From Candidatus Latescibacterota bacterium (GTDB taxonomy: Bacteria; Latescibacterota; UBA2968; UBA8231): a stretch of DNA of 53,545 bases. Each line of letters starts with the position of its first letter. The first letter of the stretch is position 1. The translations under genes and the position numbers were made by a program. Below are positions 9,783-20,042 of the stretch, in pieces. Below the pieces are notes generated by a model. It was given only the letters and a program-made list of their open reading frames with translations, searched no databases and was not told the DNA's origin. The DNA is taken from NCBI GenBank assembly GCA_965205655.1, contig CBDBIJ010000143.1:1-53545 (forward strand), written 5' to 3'.

Positions 9783-12700
9783 CTATCTGAAAGCGCCGCT
9801 GTGCGGGCCACTCAATATTACGCGGGCCTCGACCAGCATCTCCAGCTGCGATTTGCAGAAGTCCACCTGAGGTGAAAACCTCGAAACATCGCTGTAGTTG
9901 TCTATCACTTTCTGAAACTCTTCCGCCGCCTGACGATACTTCTCCTGCGCCATGTAGGCGGCTCCGATATTCACCGCTGCGTTCACGGTCTGATCGCTGT
10001 CGGGATACTTCTCTATCACACCTCGGAAAATCTCGATGGCGCCCTCGTAGTCTTCCCTGTCGAATAGCTTTTCGCCCTCGGTGTAGATGTTGTAGGCGTC
10101 GATTTCGGACAGGTGCCCAAGGAGGACGGTGGCTTTACGCCGGAGCGGCCGGTCCTCCTTGATGAGCATGTCCTCCGGATACTGGGCGAGGAACTTCTCG
10201 TAGCTCTCCGTCGCTTTGTCGTACGCCTTTTCGCCGTAGTAGTAGTCACCCAGGGTATACTGGCTGCGGCCGCCGTAGCGCCCGTCTGGATAGTCGGTGA
10301 CGATCTGCTCGAAAATCGAAACGGCCGTGTCCTTCTTGCCGAGGTTGATCATTGCCCACGCCCGGTTGTAGAGTGCATCATCTGCGTAGTCAGAGCGCGG
10401 GTAGCGCTCGAGCACGGCCTCGTACCGGCTCAGTGCCTCTTCGAAAACCGCAACCTTGCGGGTCCAGGGTGAGGCCTTGAGCCGTGTTGAAGATCGCCTC
10501 GCCGGACCGGAAGAGCGCTTCGGGGGCGTGTTTCGAATTCGGGTAGATGTCGACCAGAGTTGAGAATGTGTCTGAGGCGTCGCGCCATTTCCCCAACCGG
10601 TAGAGCGCCCATGCGTCATAGTAGTGGGCGAACACTGCCTTGTCGTCTTCGGGATATTTCTCGTGGTACGTCCGAAACGCCTTCTGCATCATCGGGATGT
10701 ACTCGACTCTTCCCCCGGCCGACATTCTGTTATAGGCGACGCCGATCTGGAACTGGGCGTTTTTCGCCCAGCCGATCTGCGGATAGTTGTCGATGATTCC
10801 TTGATATGTTTCGATCGCCTCCCCGTTGCGCCCGGCACGGAAGTAGCTGTTCCCCTGGACGAACAGAGCATTCGAGATGCTCTCCGCGTCGAATCGCAAG
10901 GTCGATGAGCCGCTGAGGAGGCGTCGATGCTGCGATCGTACTGTTCGAGCCTGAAGTAGGCGCTGGCGAGACGGATGAGCACACGGGCACGGTCCTCCTC
11001 GGCATCCAGCTTGGCGAGCATTTCCTCGTAGGTGCGAATCGCGTCTTCCGGGTCCTGTTTTTCAGCCATGGAGATGAGTTGCAGCTGGGCATTCCGGGCC
11101 AGCGTCTCGTCTCCGGAATCGATGAACCTTGTGCAGCAGCTCGGTGGCGTGTGCGTCCTCACCGACAGCGGCGTAGGACAGCGCCATCGAGAACTCCACC
11201 TTCAGCTGCATCGCCTCTGGTAGATCCGAGTCCAGCAGCCACCGGTAGTCTTCCAGCGCCCGCGTGTAGACAGCGCCGAAGTGATAGGCGAGGCCCCTAC
11301 CGTAGCGGGCCTCGCGAATAGCCCCGCTCTCGGGATACTCGTCGATTACCTTCGTGTAGCGTTGGATGGCGTCCCGGTAGTTCTTCAGATTGAGGTCCAG
11401 CTGGGCCATCTGGTAATGGGCCGTGGCCTCGAGGTCTCGATCGCCCTGGACCCCGTCGAGCAGCTCGCTCAGCAGTTGCCTGCCTCGCTCGGATTGCCCC
11501 TCGGTGATGTGGATGTTGGCCGCCTCGATGAGGGAGGCCACGTAGATCTCCCGCGCGTCGCGACCCACCTGCGAGAAGGCGGCCACGGCGTCGTCCATGC
11601 GCCCCTGTTGTTTGTAGAGGCTGCCGAGGCCGTAGTAGGCGTCGGCTGTGTGGCGCGTCTCGCCGTAGGTGGCGGCGACCCTTTGATATGCCTTCACCGC
11701 TTCGTCCACTCGCTGCTGCTCGGAGTTGACTCTGCCCATTCTGAGCAGACACAGAGGCGCCTGGTCGGAACGTGGAAAATCATCGGCGACGCGGTTGTAA
11801 ATCTCCAGCGCACCGTCGTGATCTCCGAGTTTTTCGGACGACCAGCCGGCGCTGTAGAGGGCTGCTGCCCTGAGGCTCGTCTCGCTATCCGGATAGCGCT
11901 CAATCACTCCCAGGTACTCGGTGCGGGCCTCGGCGTACTGGCCGCCGAAGTATCGGGCCTCGCCCTTCTGGTACTGGGCATTGGGCGGATAGGACGTGTC
12001 GCCGTAGAGCTCGATCACCTGATCGTACGCCTTCCAGGCATCCTCGAAGCGGTCCCCACCCCATGTAGTTGTCGCCGAGCCGCATCTGGACCTTCGCCTT
12101 GTAGAAGCGCTCTTCCGCCGTCTCCTGCGCGGCGATCAGCTCCTGGTACGCCTCCTCGAACTGCCCTTCCTCGCGATAGATCTCCGCCACGCGCAGCGAT
12201 GACGTCTCGAAAAGCCCGAGGTAGTTCTCGAAGTCTACGTTCTTGCCCTCGCGGAAGGAGCCGCGCAGCAGCTCGTACATGAGGTCGTGCAGGTCGCGCA
12301 CCTCACGATAGCTGTCGATGGCCAGCTGGGAAGCTTCCCATCTTGTCATAAGCCCTGGCCTTCAGATAAACGGCATCGGCGATCGCCGGGCTCTCAGGGT
12401 ATCTGTCTAGGACGGCTTGCGCCTCGTCGATCGTGCGAGAATAGTCGCCTTTTTCGAAATGGCAACTGGCGATTCGAAACTGAGAGTCCGGGGCGTAGCG
12501 ATCCTCGGGATAAGCATCCAGCATCGCCAGCAGTGTCGTTACCGACTGGTCATACTGCTTCAGGTGGTATTCGCTCCAACCGGCGTAGAAGTAGGCCTCG
12601 CCGGCGTAGTCCGACTCGGGAAACAGCTCGACGTAACGCTTGTACTCCCTGGCGGCATCGCCGTACTCGCGCTGAAGGTATCGCGTTTCGGCTACCTGAA

Positions 12701-13072
12701 ATTGGACCAGCGACCGGAAGACTTCGGGCACGTTTTCGGCGGCTACCACCTTGCTGAAGTTTTCGATCGCCTTTTCGTGATCTTCGCTACGTTTGTAGGC
12801 GTTGCCGAGCTGATAGTAGGCGGCCTCCACGACGGGCAGCTCGAACCGGCCCGCGAAGGCGTCCTCGAAGGCGACGGTGACGCTGTCGTTGCGCACGGCC
12901 CAGCTCCTGAAGCCGACGATCTTCTTGTACTCGACGATCGCACCCTCGTACTCCCCGAGGGCGTATAGCGACTGCCCGGCGTCGAATTCGTCTTCAGGCT
13001 TTGCGGGACGGGGAGGAACATGCTCGTCCCCACTCCAAGCCCCAGGATGATAAATCCCGCCCAGACCGTCAT
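9783..13072 (-). CDS. large tetratricopeptide-repeat protein (~1090 aa; at least six frameshifts)
   Basis: Successive ORF fragments all carry BamD/CpoB-like TPRs (YPESDYAGEAYFYAGW, YPEDRYAPDSQFRIA, YPRSDYADDALYNRAW); hydrophobic N-terminus; AAGGAG RBS. Confidence 0.85.
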
Positions 13073-13145
13073 AAACAGATCTCCTTCGCTGCTACGTCGA
13101 TTGGGATCTCAATGTGTCTGCGATGTCCTCGTCGATGTCCTCTAC

Positions 13146-14100
13146 TTAGAACGTGCGGATCAACGAGAACCGGTGGGTGCCATTCGTCTCGGTCAGATCG
13201 AGGGGGATGTGATACCCGTAGTCGAGCAGCGTCTTCTCTCCCCAAACTGTAGCCCAACCCGGCGTTCAGATCGCCGCTGGCGTCGTCTTCGAAGATCTTG
13301 CTGCCGCTGGCGCGCAGCAGCAGCCCCTCGACCAGCACCGTCTCGCCTCCGACCACCAGCCGCTTGTCCGTCTCACCGGACAGATCGCGCATCGCCCACT
13401 GCACCGACAGCATCGAGGCGTCGGCCACGCTGAACGACACTCCCACGTTCAGATCCGTGGGCAGATCGCCGTCGTTCGATTCAAGCGCTGCATTCGGCGA
13501 GCAGGAGGCCCCGCAGGCCACGTTCGGCACCAGCGCGTTCTTGTACTGCACCCCCAGCTTCGCATCGCGGAACGGCGTATTCCACAAAATCCCCACGTCG
13601 GCGCCGATCGAGCCCTGGCTCTGGTTGGCCACCGGATCCGGCCTCCCGTTGTCGTCGGGAATGTCGCCCACGCTCCAGAACACATACTTCCCCGTCACCC
13701 CCAGGTGCAAATTCTTGTTCAGGCGATACGACAGGCCGAAAAAAGCCCCGTTCTCGCTCATCAGATCCGAGCCGATGCGCTCGTAGCCCAGACCAAGACC
13801 CAATCGCGACCCCAGCGGACGGGCGTAGCTGGCCACGTGCTGACCCAGATTGTCGCCGTCGATGCCCGAAAACAGAATCGACACATTCGTGTATGACAGC
13901 TGCCCGCGCTCGATCTGACCCAGCCCCGCCGGATTGGCAAACACGGCATCGCCGTTGTCCGCCACCGCCACGAAGGCGTTGCCCAGAGACGCCGAGCGCG
14001 CACCAGCGCCGATGCTCTGGATGTTCACCACCGCATCGGCGGCTGTTGCAGAGCCGACGATCAGCGCGATTGCTGCCGCCGCATTCAGTGCTCGTATCAT
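13146..14100 (-). CDS. PorV/PorQ-family outer-membrane beta-barrel protein (frameshift near 13240)
   Basis: Signal peptide, then IGAGARSASLGNAFVAVADNGDAVFANPAGL; removing one base near 13240 gives ...KTLLDYGYHIPLDLTETNGTHRFSLIRTF* ending in terminal Phe at stop 13146-13148. Confidence 0.82.
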
Positions 14101-14170
14101 GTGCTGCTCCTTTCATAGTGTCGCTCTCGATGTCTGTCCGAGGCGACGAGTGCCCTGCTGTGACAGGACG

Positions 14171-14953
14171 CTATAGACCGGCCGATTCCCATGCGATCTG
14201 TCCGTCGCGGTATTGCTTCCCGATCCGCCTGGCGAACTGGTAGCTGATGTCCACGGTTTCCAGGGGCTCGTTGCGGAAGTCAAATCGCAGAATGCAGTCC
14301 TGGATCGTCACATCGATTTCGCGCACATCCGGATGGAGCGCCTTGAAGACGATGTATCTTCCCTCTTCCTCTTGACCGCTGAAAATGTCCTCGTTCCTGA
14401 ACATGGTTCGGCGCAGCAAGTCCATGCGGGATTGATAGCGGGTATACTCATTTCCGCGATAGCCGATGGCGTAGGCGCGATAGTAGGTATCCAGCTGCTG
14501 CAGGTTCAGGCTCCAGTACTCGCGTCCGTTCTTCGCCCTGAGGACGATCTTGGCCGGGTCGATCCGCACCTTCGGAAAAGCGTAATTCTTGACGCTCAGC
14601 TGGAAGACTGTGAAACGATCCCGCTCTTCCTGTCCTTCCCAAAACTTCGTGTCGCCGTAGGTGTAGGGATTCGTCGACTTCGGCCCCGCCCTCGAATCGC
14701 TGACGAACTGGCGGTTGAGCTCCTCTTTCGTCATTGGTCTCAGCTTTACCTCCAGGCGGTCCTGGACGAACGTAACGCTGTTGTCGTCGGCCACGATCAT
14801 GGAGACGCCGCCGCTCTGACCGTCCGTCGGCCGGAGCAGTGTCGCATGATGGTAGTAACCGCAGCCCAGAGCCAACATGGCTGATGCGGCGACGAAGGGT
14901 AGAGCTCGTGACCAGCCCGGAACAACGAATCCTGCTCCGAATCGGATTGCCAT
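14171..14953 (-). CDS. hypothetical lipoprotein
   Basis: Lipobox LALGC; AGGAG RBS before ATG 14953. Confidence 0.7.
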   Translation of the reverse strand: MAIRFGAGFVVPGWSRALPFVAASAMLALGCGYYHHATLLRPTDGQSGGVSMIVADDNSVTFVQDRLEVKLRPMTKEELNRQFVSDSRAGPKSTNPYTYGDTKFWEGQEERDRFTVFQLSVKNYAFPKVRIDPAKIVLRAKNGREYWSLNLQQLDTYYRAYAIGYRGNEYTRYQSRMDLLRRTMFRNEDIFSGQEEEGRYIVFKALHPDVREIDVTIQDCILRFDFRNEPLETVDISYQFARRIGKQYRDGQIAWESAGL

Positions 14954-15009
14954 GATATTCGTTCGCTCCTGTGTTTTCCTAGGCCCAGCTACCCGGCTCG
15001 CAAGAAATC

Positions 15010-15044
15010 GGACATAAGATATGGTATTTATGTCCATATTGGAA
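15010..15044 (-). promoter_or_regulatory. candidate sigma70 promoter with overlapping palindromic operator
   Basis: Minus strand TTCCAA-17-TATCTT; inverted repeat GGACATAA-N10-TTATGTCC (15010-15035) in an AT-rich patch. Confidence 0.5.
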
Positions 15045-15049
15045 GATTT

Positions 15050-16009
15050 TTAATCAGCTCCAAAGGAGGCCTTGATCCGGCCCCAGGACCCCTCCTGCAC
15101 GGCCGATGGCCTCTCCCCATCAGGCGATGCGAGCACGAGGTCGGTGAAGCGGTCGGACAGTTTGAAGGCGTTGTGCCCCCCCGACAGAGACCACCTGGCA
15201 TCGTATAACTCCGAGCGGCTGTCGAAGTCGTTGAACTCCACGTTGAAGCCCAGGACCTCTCCTGCAGTCAAGTCGTGGGGCTGGCTCAGGAAATCGGCAC
15301 TCATATCCACGCGATCGAATGGGGCAAGCATGAGCTCATAGCTCATCACGGCCTCTGCGCCGGTCGATCCCTCGAGTGCGAAGGCCGCTTGCGTGAAAGG
15401 CCCGTCCGCCAGTGAATACCACCCCGCCGCCGAAAAATTGATGAAGAAGTCCTCGTCCGGAGGGGGGGCGGCGATCACGAAGTGACTCGCCTCGGCCCCG
15501 TTGAGTCGGAGTTGATCCTCGGCGCTGGCATCAACGAAATCGGCAAACTGTCCGCCAGAGTGGTCGGAATCCAGGAAAACCTCCATGTCGTCGTCCTGGA
15601 AGATGCGCTGGGCGGCGGTTCCCGGTTCCCGGTCGATCTGGTGAATGTCGTCTCTCACTCGTGCCGCTACGAACAGCCTGTTGATCTCCTCGTTCCATCC
15701 CACCCACAGGGCGACGGAAAAGTCGTCGTCATCCACCTGGACATCACCGACCAGGTCTCGGAATGCCTCGGTCTCAATGGCGTAGCCAGGACCCACGAGC
15801 TGCCAGTCGGACAGGTCGCCGTCGATGGTGGGAACCGACTCGCTCGAAAACGGGAAGGCCCGGAAGACGGTCCCGGTGGGCTCGTGGCCCCAGCCGCCGC
15901 CCGGATGAGATAGAACCCCGAGCGTCGCAGCGAGGAAGAGCCTTGATTTCGCCACCCGATACCACCTCGATCGGAGGGTGTCTGGCGCTATAAACGACGT
16001 CGTCTTCAA
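15050..16009 (-). CDS. secreted CBM9/DOMON-like protein with C-terminal SWGRIKASF tail
   Basis: Signal-like N-terminus; PTIDGDLSDW, WVGWNEEINRLFVAARVRDD, DDMEVFLDSDHSGG, LGFNVEFNDFD. Confidence 0.72.
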   Translation of the reverse strand: MKTTSFIAPDTLRSRWYRVAKSRLFLAATLGVLSHPGGGWGHEPTGTVFRAFPFSSESVPTIDGDLSDWQLVGPGYAIETEAFRDLVGDVQVDDDDFSVALWVGWNEEINRLFVAARVRDDIHQIDREPGTAAQRIFQDDDMEVFLDSDHSGGQFADFVDASAEDQLRLNGAEASHFVIAAPPPDEDFFINFSAAGWYSLADGPFTQAAFALEGSTGAEAVMSYELMLAPFDRVDMSADFLSQPHDLTAGEVLGFNVEFNDFDSRSELYDARWSLSGGHNAFKLSDRFTDLVLASPDGERPSAVQEGSWGRIKASFGAD

Positions 16010-16047
16010 TCCGATCTCATCTCCATAATGAGTTGCACCACAACAAG

Positions 16048-17396
16048 TTATGCCCCACTGCTTCGGGCGTCAACGACGCGGGCTCGGCGGCGGCGTGGTC
16101 TCCATTCGATGCGGTCGTCGTATTTGCTCCGCAGCTCGGCGATATAGGCGTCGACCGCTCGCCGGCTCTTTGCCGCTTTGAGTTTGTGTAGCAGGATCGG
16201 TTTGGCCCTCTCGAGACCACGGCTTCGGAAACTGTCAGGCTCCGCCTCGAAGCTCGCTGCGCACATCAGCCTCTGAGATGGTCACCCGTTGCAAGACGTG
16301 GCGCCGCAGCAGCTGGCCAACGAGAAGCTTGCGGTAGCGTCTCCTGGTGTCGGCTATGAACTCGGGGGTGTCGCGCCAACCCTCTTGCGGTGGCCTGTAG
16401 AACGAACAGCGTGTCGGCCATCACCCAGCGACGCAAGGCGGAAACGGCCGAACCGGTATCCTTCAAGGCGCTCGCGGAGAGGCCGCGGCCGCCAAGAATT
16501 CTGCGAGCGTGGCTCAGCGGGACGATTCGGCCTTCGCCGTAGGTGACGATCGGCGAATCTGCCTCGGCTATCGCGTCGCTCTCATCTGAGTGGCCGGGTC
16601 GCATCAGCGCCGCTATGGCGGCGCTATCGTACTCGACCTCGAATCGCACCTCAAGGCTGCGAAGATACCCTTCGTATGCGGTGCGGAATTTCCGGCGGCG
16701 CAGTGCTGATTCGAGACGGGGCCGGACCTCTTCGAAGGGAACCTCCTCGATTTCGAGGACGCGAACGATCTCGATCCCCTCCGCAGTCCGCACCGGCTCC
16801 GAGTATTCGCCAAGCGACAGACTCAGAGCCGCGTCGAACAGCTGGGGACTGCCATCTCCGGGTCCGTAGGGTTGCATCATATCTCCACCGCGAATGCCGT
16901 CCATGGCCAGCGATCGCTCTATCGCGAGCTCGGCGAAATCTGCTCCGTCCCGCAGCTCGGCAAGCACCGCTTCTGCCTCTGGTCGTGAGGCGGTCACGAT
17001 GTGAGCCGGCCACAGCCTGCGATCCCACCCCTCGTCGCGGTATGCGGTGGCGATTTCTTCCTCCGAAATATCGCGCCCGACATCGAGCTCGCGTTCGAGG
17101 ACGCGGTTGGTCACGCGCTCGATCAGGTAACGATGGAGCCTTTTCCTGATTTCCGGCTCGTTGGCGTAGCCGAGTTCCTCTGCCTCCAGAATCAATATTT
17201 GGCGGTCGACGAGGGTCTGCTGGAGTTCCCGTTCGGCTGCCGCGCCGCCCTCGGGAAGGAGGTAATCAGGGAGGGTATTCTCGAACAGACTGAGATCAGA
17301 CGAGGTTATGGCGACGTCGTCAATTGTTGCCAGCACGTCTGTTGCCAGCACGTCGTCACCATCGGGGCCGGCGCACGTGGCGACGAGGCCGGCCAA
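16048..17396 (-). CDS. PrsA/SurA-like parvulin peptidyl-prolyl isomerase (frameshifts near 16380 and 16260)
   Basis: LATIDDVAIT, AHIV...GADFAELAIERS...RGGD...YSEPVRT..G.EIV parvulin motifs; C-terminal LRSKY helix in ORF 16048..16266. Confidence 0.82.
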
Positions 17397-17443
17397 CAGC
17401 GAAGAGATCGTCAGAAATGCGGGAGAGAGTTTGACAGAAGAAT

Positions 17444-18376
17444 CTATCGGAAGCTTGCCTTGATGCGGGCCCAGGTGTCCGTTTGCACGACTGTCTTCGG
17501 AGCCATGCTGCAGTCACCGGTGTTACACGGGACCAGTTCGGCGTCGACAAACCTGTCGGCCTCGAAATAGGTTCCCTCAACTCCCGACAACGTGTGAAAT
17601 CCGTGGTAGGGGTTCCCGACACAGCTCCAGCAGCCGCGATCGAAGTCCGGGACCGAGATCTGTAACCCCACGATGCTGCCGGCGGTCAGGTCACTGGCGA
17701 CGCTGCTCTCCGGTCCTCGCCAATCGAGCTGGTCCCACGGTGTCACGTACATCTCGATAATAGAGCTGTTCGGCGACTCGCCGCCGTCGTTGAATCCGCC
17801 GCCGTCGGCGTACGGCGGGAAGACGACCCAGTCGTTTCCCGCTCCGGCATATCCCAGGGTTTGATTGTCGGGGGACTCGGCGATCGCGAAATATTGCTGC
17901 GCCTGAGAATTGGTCAGGTGCTTCCTCTGATCCTCCTCGACACCCCTGAACCGGTTGTAGCGGCCCCCTGAATGATCGCCGTCGATCATGAACTCGATGC
18001 CGTCGTGCTCGAACAGCCGACTCGGATCGCCTCCATCATAGCTGTTGACGTAAGCGTCATCTACCCTCTCGATCGCCACATAGATGAGATTGCCCGCATC
18101 GTGCCATGCCAGGAACACCCGATAGGCGAGATCGGAGGGATCGATGCCCGCGCCATCTCCTATGTCCAGCGGAGCGAAATCGTTGTGGTCAAATGAGATG
18201 CCGGGCAGTACGTCATTCCAGTCGTCCATGCTGCCGTCGTATATGTCGGGCAGATCGACCGTGGGGAGCTCGAAAATCGGAAACTCCCGGTCGCCCACGT
18301 GGGCACTGGCTTGTGAAATCGGACTCGCTATGATTGCCAGGATGAGAATCGCGATCGCGGATGATCCTGTTGCCAC
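17444..18376 (-). CDS. secreted CBM9/DOMON-like protein with C-terminal TWARIKASF tail
   Basis: Signal peptide ending ASA-H; DGSMDDW, FLAWHD..NLIYVAIERVDD, DGIEFMIDGDHSGG; paralogous to 15050..16009. Confidence 0.72.
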   Translation of the reverse strand: MATGSSAIAILILAIIASPISQASAHVGDREFPIFELPTVDLPDIYDGSMDDWNDVLPGISFDHNDFAPLDIGDGAGIDPSDLAYRVFLAWHDAGNLIYVAIERVDDAYVNSYDGGDPSRLFEHDGIEFMIDGDHSGGRYNRFRGVEEDQRKHLTNSQAQQYFAIAESPDNQTLGYAGAGNDWVVFPPYADGGGFNDGGESPNSSIIEMYVTPWDQLDWRGPESSVASDLTAGSIVGLQISVPDFDRGCWSCVGNPYHGFHTLSGVEGTYFEADRFVDAELVPCNTGDCSMAPKTVVQTDTWARIKASFR

Positions 18377-18397
18377 GAAATGGTCCTGGCGGTCAAC

Positions 18398-19339
18398 TCA
18401 CGGCGAAGCGCCGTCGGGGATTGCTGTTCGTCCCGCTGGATGTGGCCATGTCTCCTCATCCGCTGTCCTGTCCGCTGCGGGCTTGAACATGAGGAGTCTC
18501 ACGTCGTGCATTCCGATGGCGAATTGGCCTGTCACCGTCTTCCCAGTAAAGGCCGATCCAACGCGACGCTCAAACATGCGGTCTGTCTCACCGGAATACC
18601 GCGCCGTGCTCGCGTCCACGCTGCCCTGAATGGTCTTACCCGACCACAAGGTGACCGCTATAGGCCGCCGCTCGAGGCCGCTGCTCGCTTCTGCGAAGGC
18701 GATCTTGGCGATTTTCGACAAACCGACGCTTCTCCGCTTACGACCCTGATTCAACACCAGAGCTGTCGTCTCGCGGAAGTTCAAGTCGTCGACCTCGAAA
18801 AGCCTCCCCTGTTCGTCTACGACCGTCGCGGAAAGAGAGAACTCCGCGCTTGGCAGACTCGACTCGGGATGTCGAAAAATGATCTCCCGGACGTCGTGAA
18901 GCTGCAACAGGAACGGCCCGAGATTGGTAGATCCACTCACCTGGCTGCTGAGTCGGGCCCCTCCAATCGTGTCGTGGTGAGGCGTCCCGCGGCTACCGAT
19001 GACGATGGTGCCGTTCTCCACCCTGCCATTGCGTAACTCGACCCGAATCGGACGTTCCTCGTCGCCTCTCTCGCCGTCCAATCTGAAACCAGCGATCTCT
19101 CGAAAAGAGATGATGCGCCGCTCGTCTCCACGGTAGTACTCCATATTGGTCTTTCCAAGAATCTCGATCTTGCCGAGGAGATGGCGATTGCCGCTGTAGT
19201 CGACCACGGTCGCGCCCAATTGAGATTGTTGGGATTGTCGAGATCGTTGAGCGTGGGACGGACCGGTTGCCGACAGGAGTAGGGTCACCAGTATGATCGG
19301 AGACCCTCCTCGCAGCAGCGTCGGTACTGTAGAGATCAT
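18398..19339 (-). CDS. secreted hypothetical protein with two internally similar halves
   Basis: Signal peptide (SHA-Q); repeated pattern ATVVD...E(E/R)RPI.V.L..G....G...F...HDVR in both halves. Confidence 0.68.
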   Translation of the reverse strand: MISTVPTLLRGGSPIILVTLLLSATGPSHAQRSRQSQQSQLGATVVDYSGNRHLLGKIEILGKTNMEYYRGDERRIISFREIAGFRLDGERGDEERPIRVELRNGRVENGTIVIGSRGTPHHDTIGGARLSSQVSGSTNLGPFLLQLHDVREIIFRHPESSLPSAEFSLSATVVDEQGRLFEVDDLNFRETTALVLNQGRKRRSVGLSKIAKIAFAEASSGLERRPIAVTLWSGKTIQGSVDASTARYSGETDRMFERRVGSAFTGKTVTGQFAIGMHDVRLLMFKPAADRTADEETWPHPAGRTAIPDGASP

Positions 19340-20016
19340 GGGGATTGGGGCTCATCCTCCTGCCCTGGTTCCTCCGTCGTTTCCTGCCCGATCCGGACGA
19401 ACGAGGGCGGCCGGCCGTAGACCACCTCTACAGGGCGGATCTCGTCGAAGCCGGTGGGTGAGTTCTCCATACGAATCTTGTACTGTCCCTCGGGCACTAT
19501 GAAGTGGCGTACCTGCCTCGAGGTCATTCCCCGGCCGAGGACGTTGCGCATAGTGTAGTCCATGATGACAAACGGCATGTTCGCTCCGAACTGCGTACCG
19601 GCTACCATGACCTGAAAGCGGCCGACTCGAACGGAGACGTATTTCTCTATATTTGCGGTCAGTTGGACATTCTCGAACACTACGTCGTCGTTCACATCTG
19701 TGTTTACGACAACTGTGTAGACTCCCGGTTCCAAGTCGACGATCAGGTTGGTCTGCTTCAACCCCGACTCGTAGGCGCTTGGCGACATGGCCGACAGGCG
19801 TGGAAAAGCGGAGTGGACCTCCTCACCCGTCTCCTGATCCGTCACGAAGAAGTTTAACTCTCGGATACCGCCGGCCTCGAGGATCAGACGACCACTGCCC
19901 TGGGGTATGGGACCGGGACCGTACTCGTAGCTACTTCCGGTCGAGGCGCACGAGACTATAAATAAGACACTCCCTGCCAGCGCCGCGGAGACTGCTGTGT
20001 TTGCCAGTTTCTTCAT
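19336..20016 (-). CDS. hypothetical lipoprotein
   Basis: MKK... lipobox IVSC; GGAGG RBS at 20023-20027; LEPGVYTV and VPEGQYKI beta-sandwich-like motifs. Confidence 0.72.
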   Translation of the reverse strand: MKKLANTAVSAALAGSVLFIVSCASTGSSYEYGPGPIPQGSGRLILEAGGIRELNFFVTDQETGEEVHSAFPRLSAMSPSAYESGLKQTNLIVDLEPGVYTVVVNTDVNDDVVFENVQLTANIEKYVSVRVGRFQVMVAGTQFGANMPFVIMDYTMRNVLGRGMTSRQVRHFIVPEGQYKIRMENSPTGFDEIRPVEVVYGRPPSFVRIGQETTEEPGQEDEPQSP

Positions 20017-20033
20017 CTGATACCTCCGCACGG

Positions 20034-20042
20034 TACGCTCCC
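20034..20042. repeat. left target-site duplication TACGCTCCC
   Basis: Identical to 21419-21427. Confidence 0.92.

Noticed and set aside
13121..13144. CGATGTCCTC tandem repeat, and CCCTGCCTTG direct repeat at 4920/4961, as CRISPR or iteron remnants
   Set aside because: Only two short copies each, no spacers or cas/rep genes
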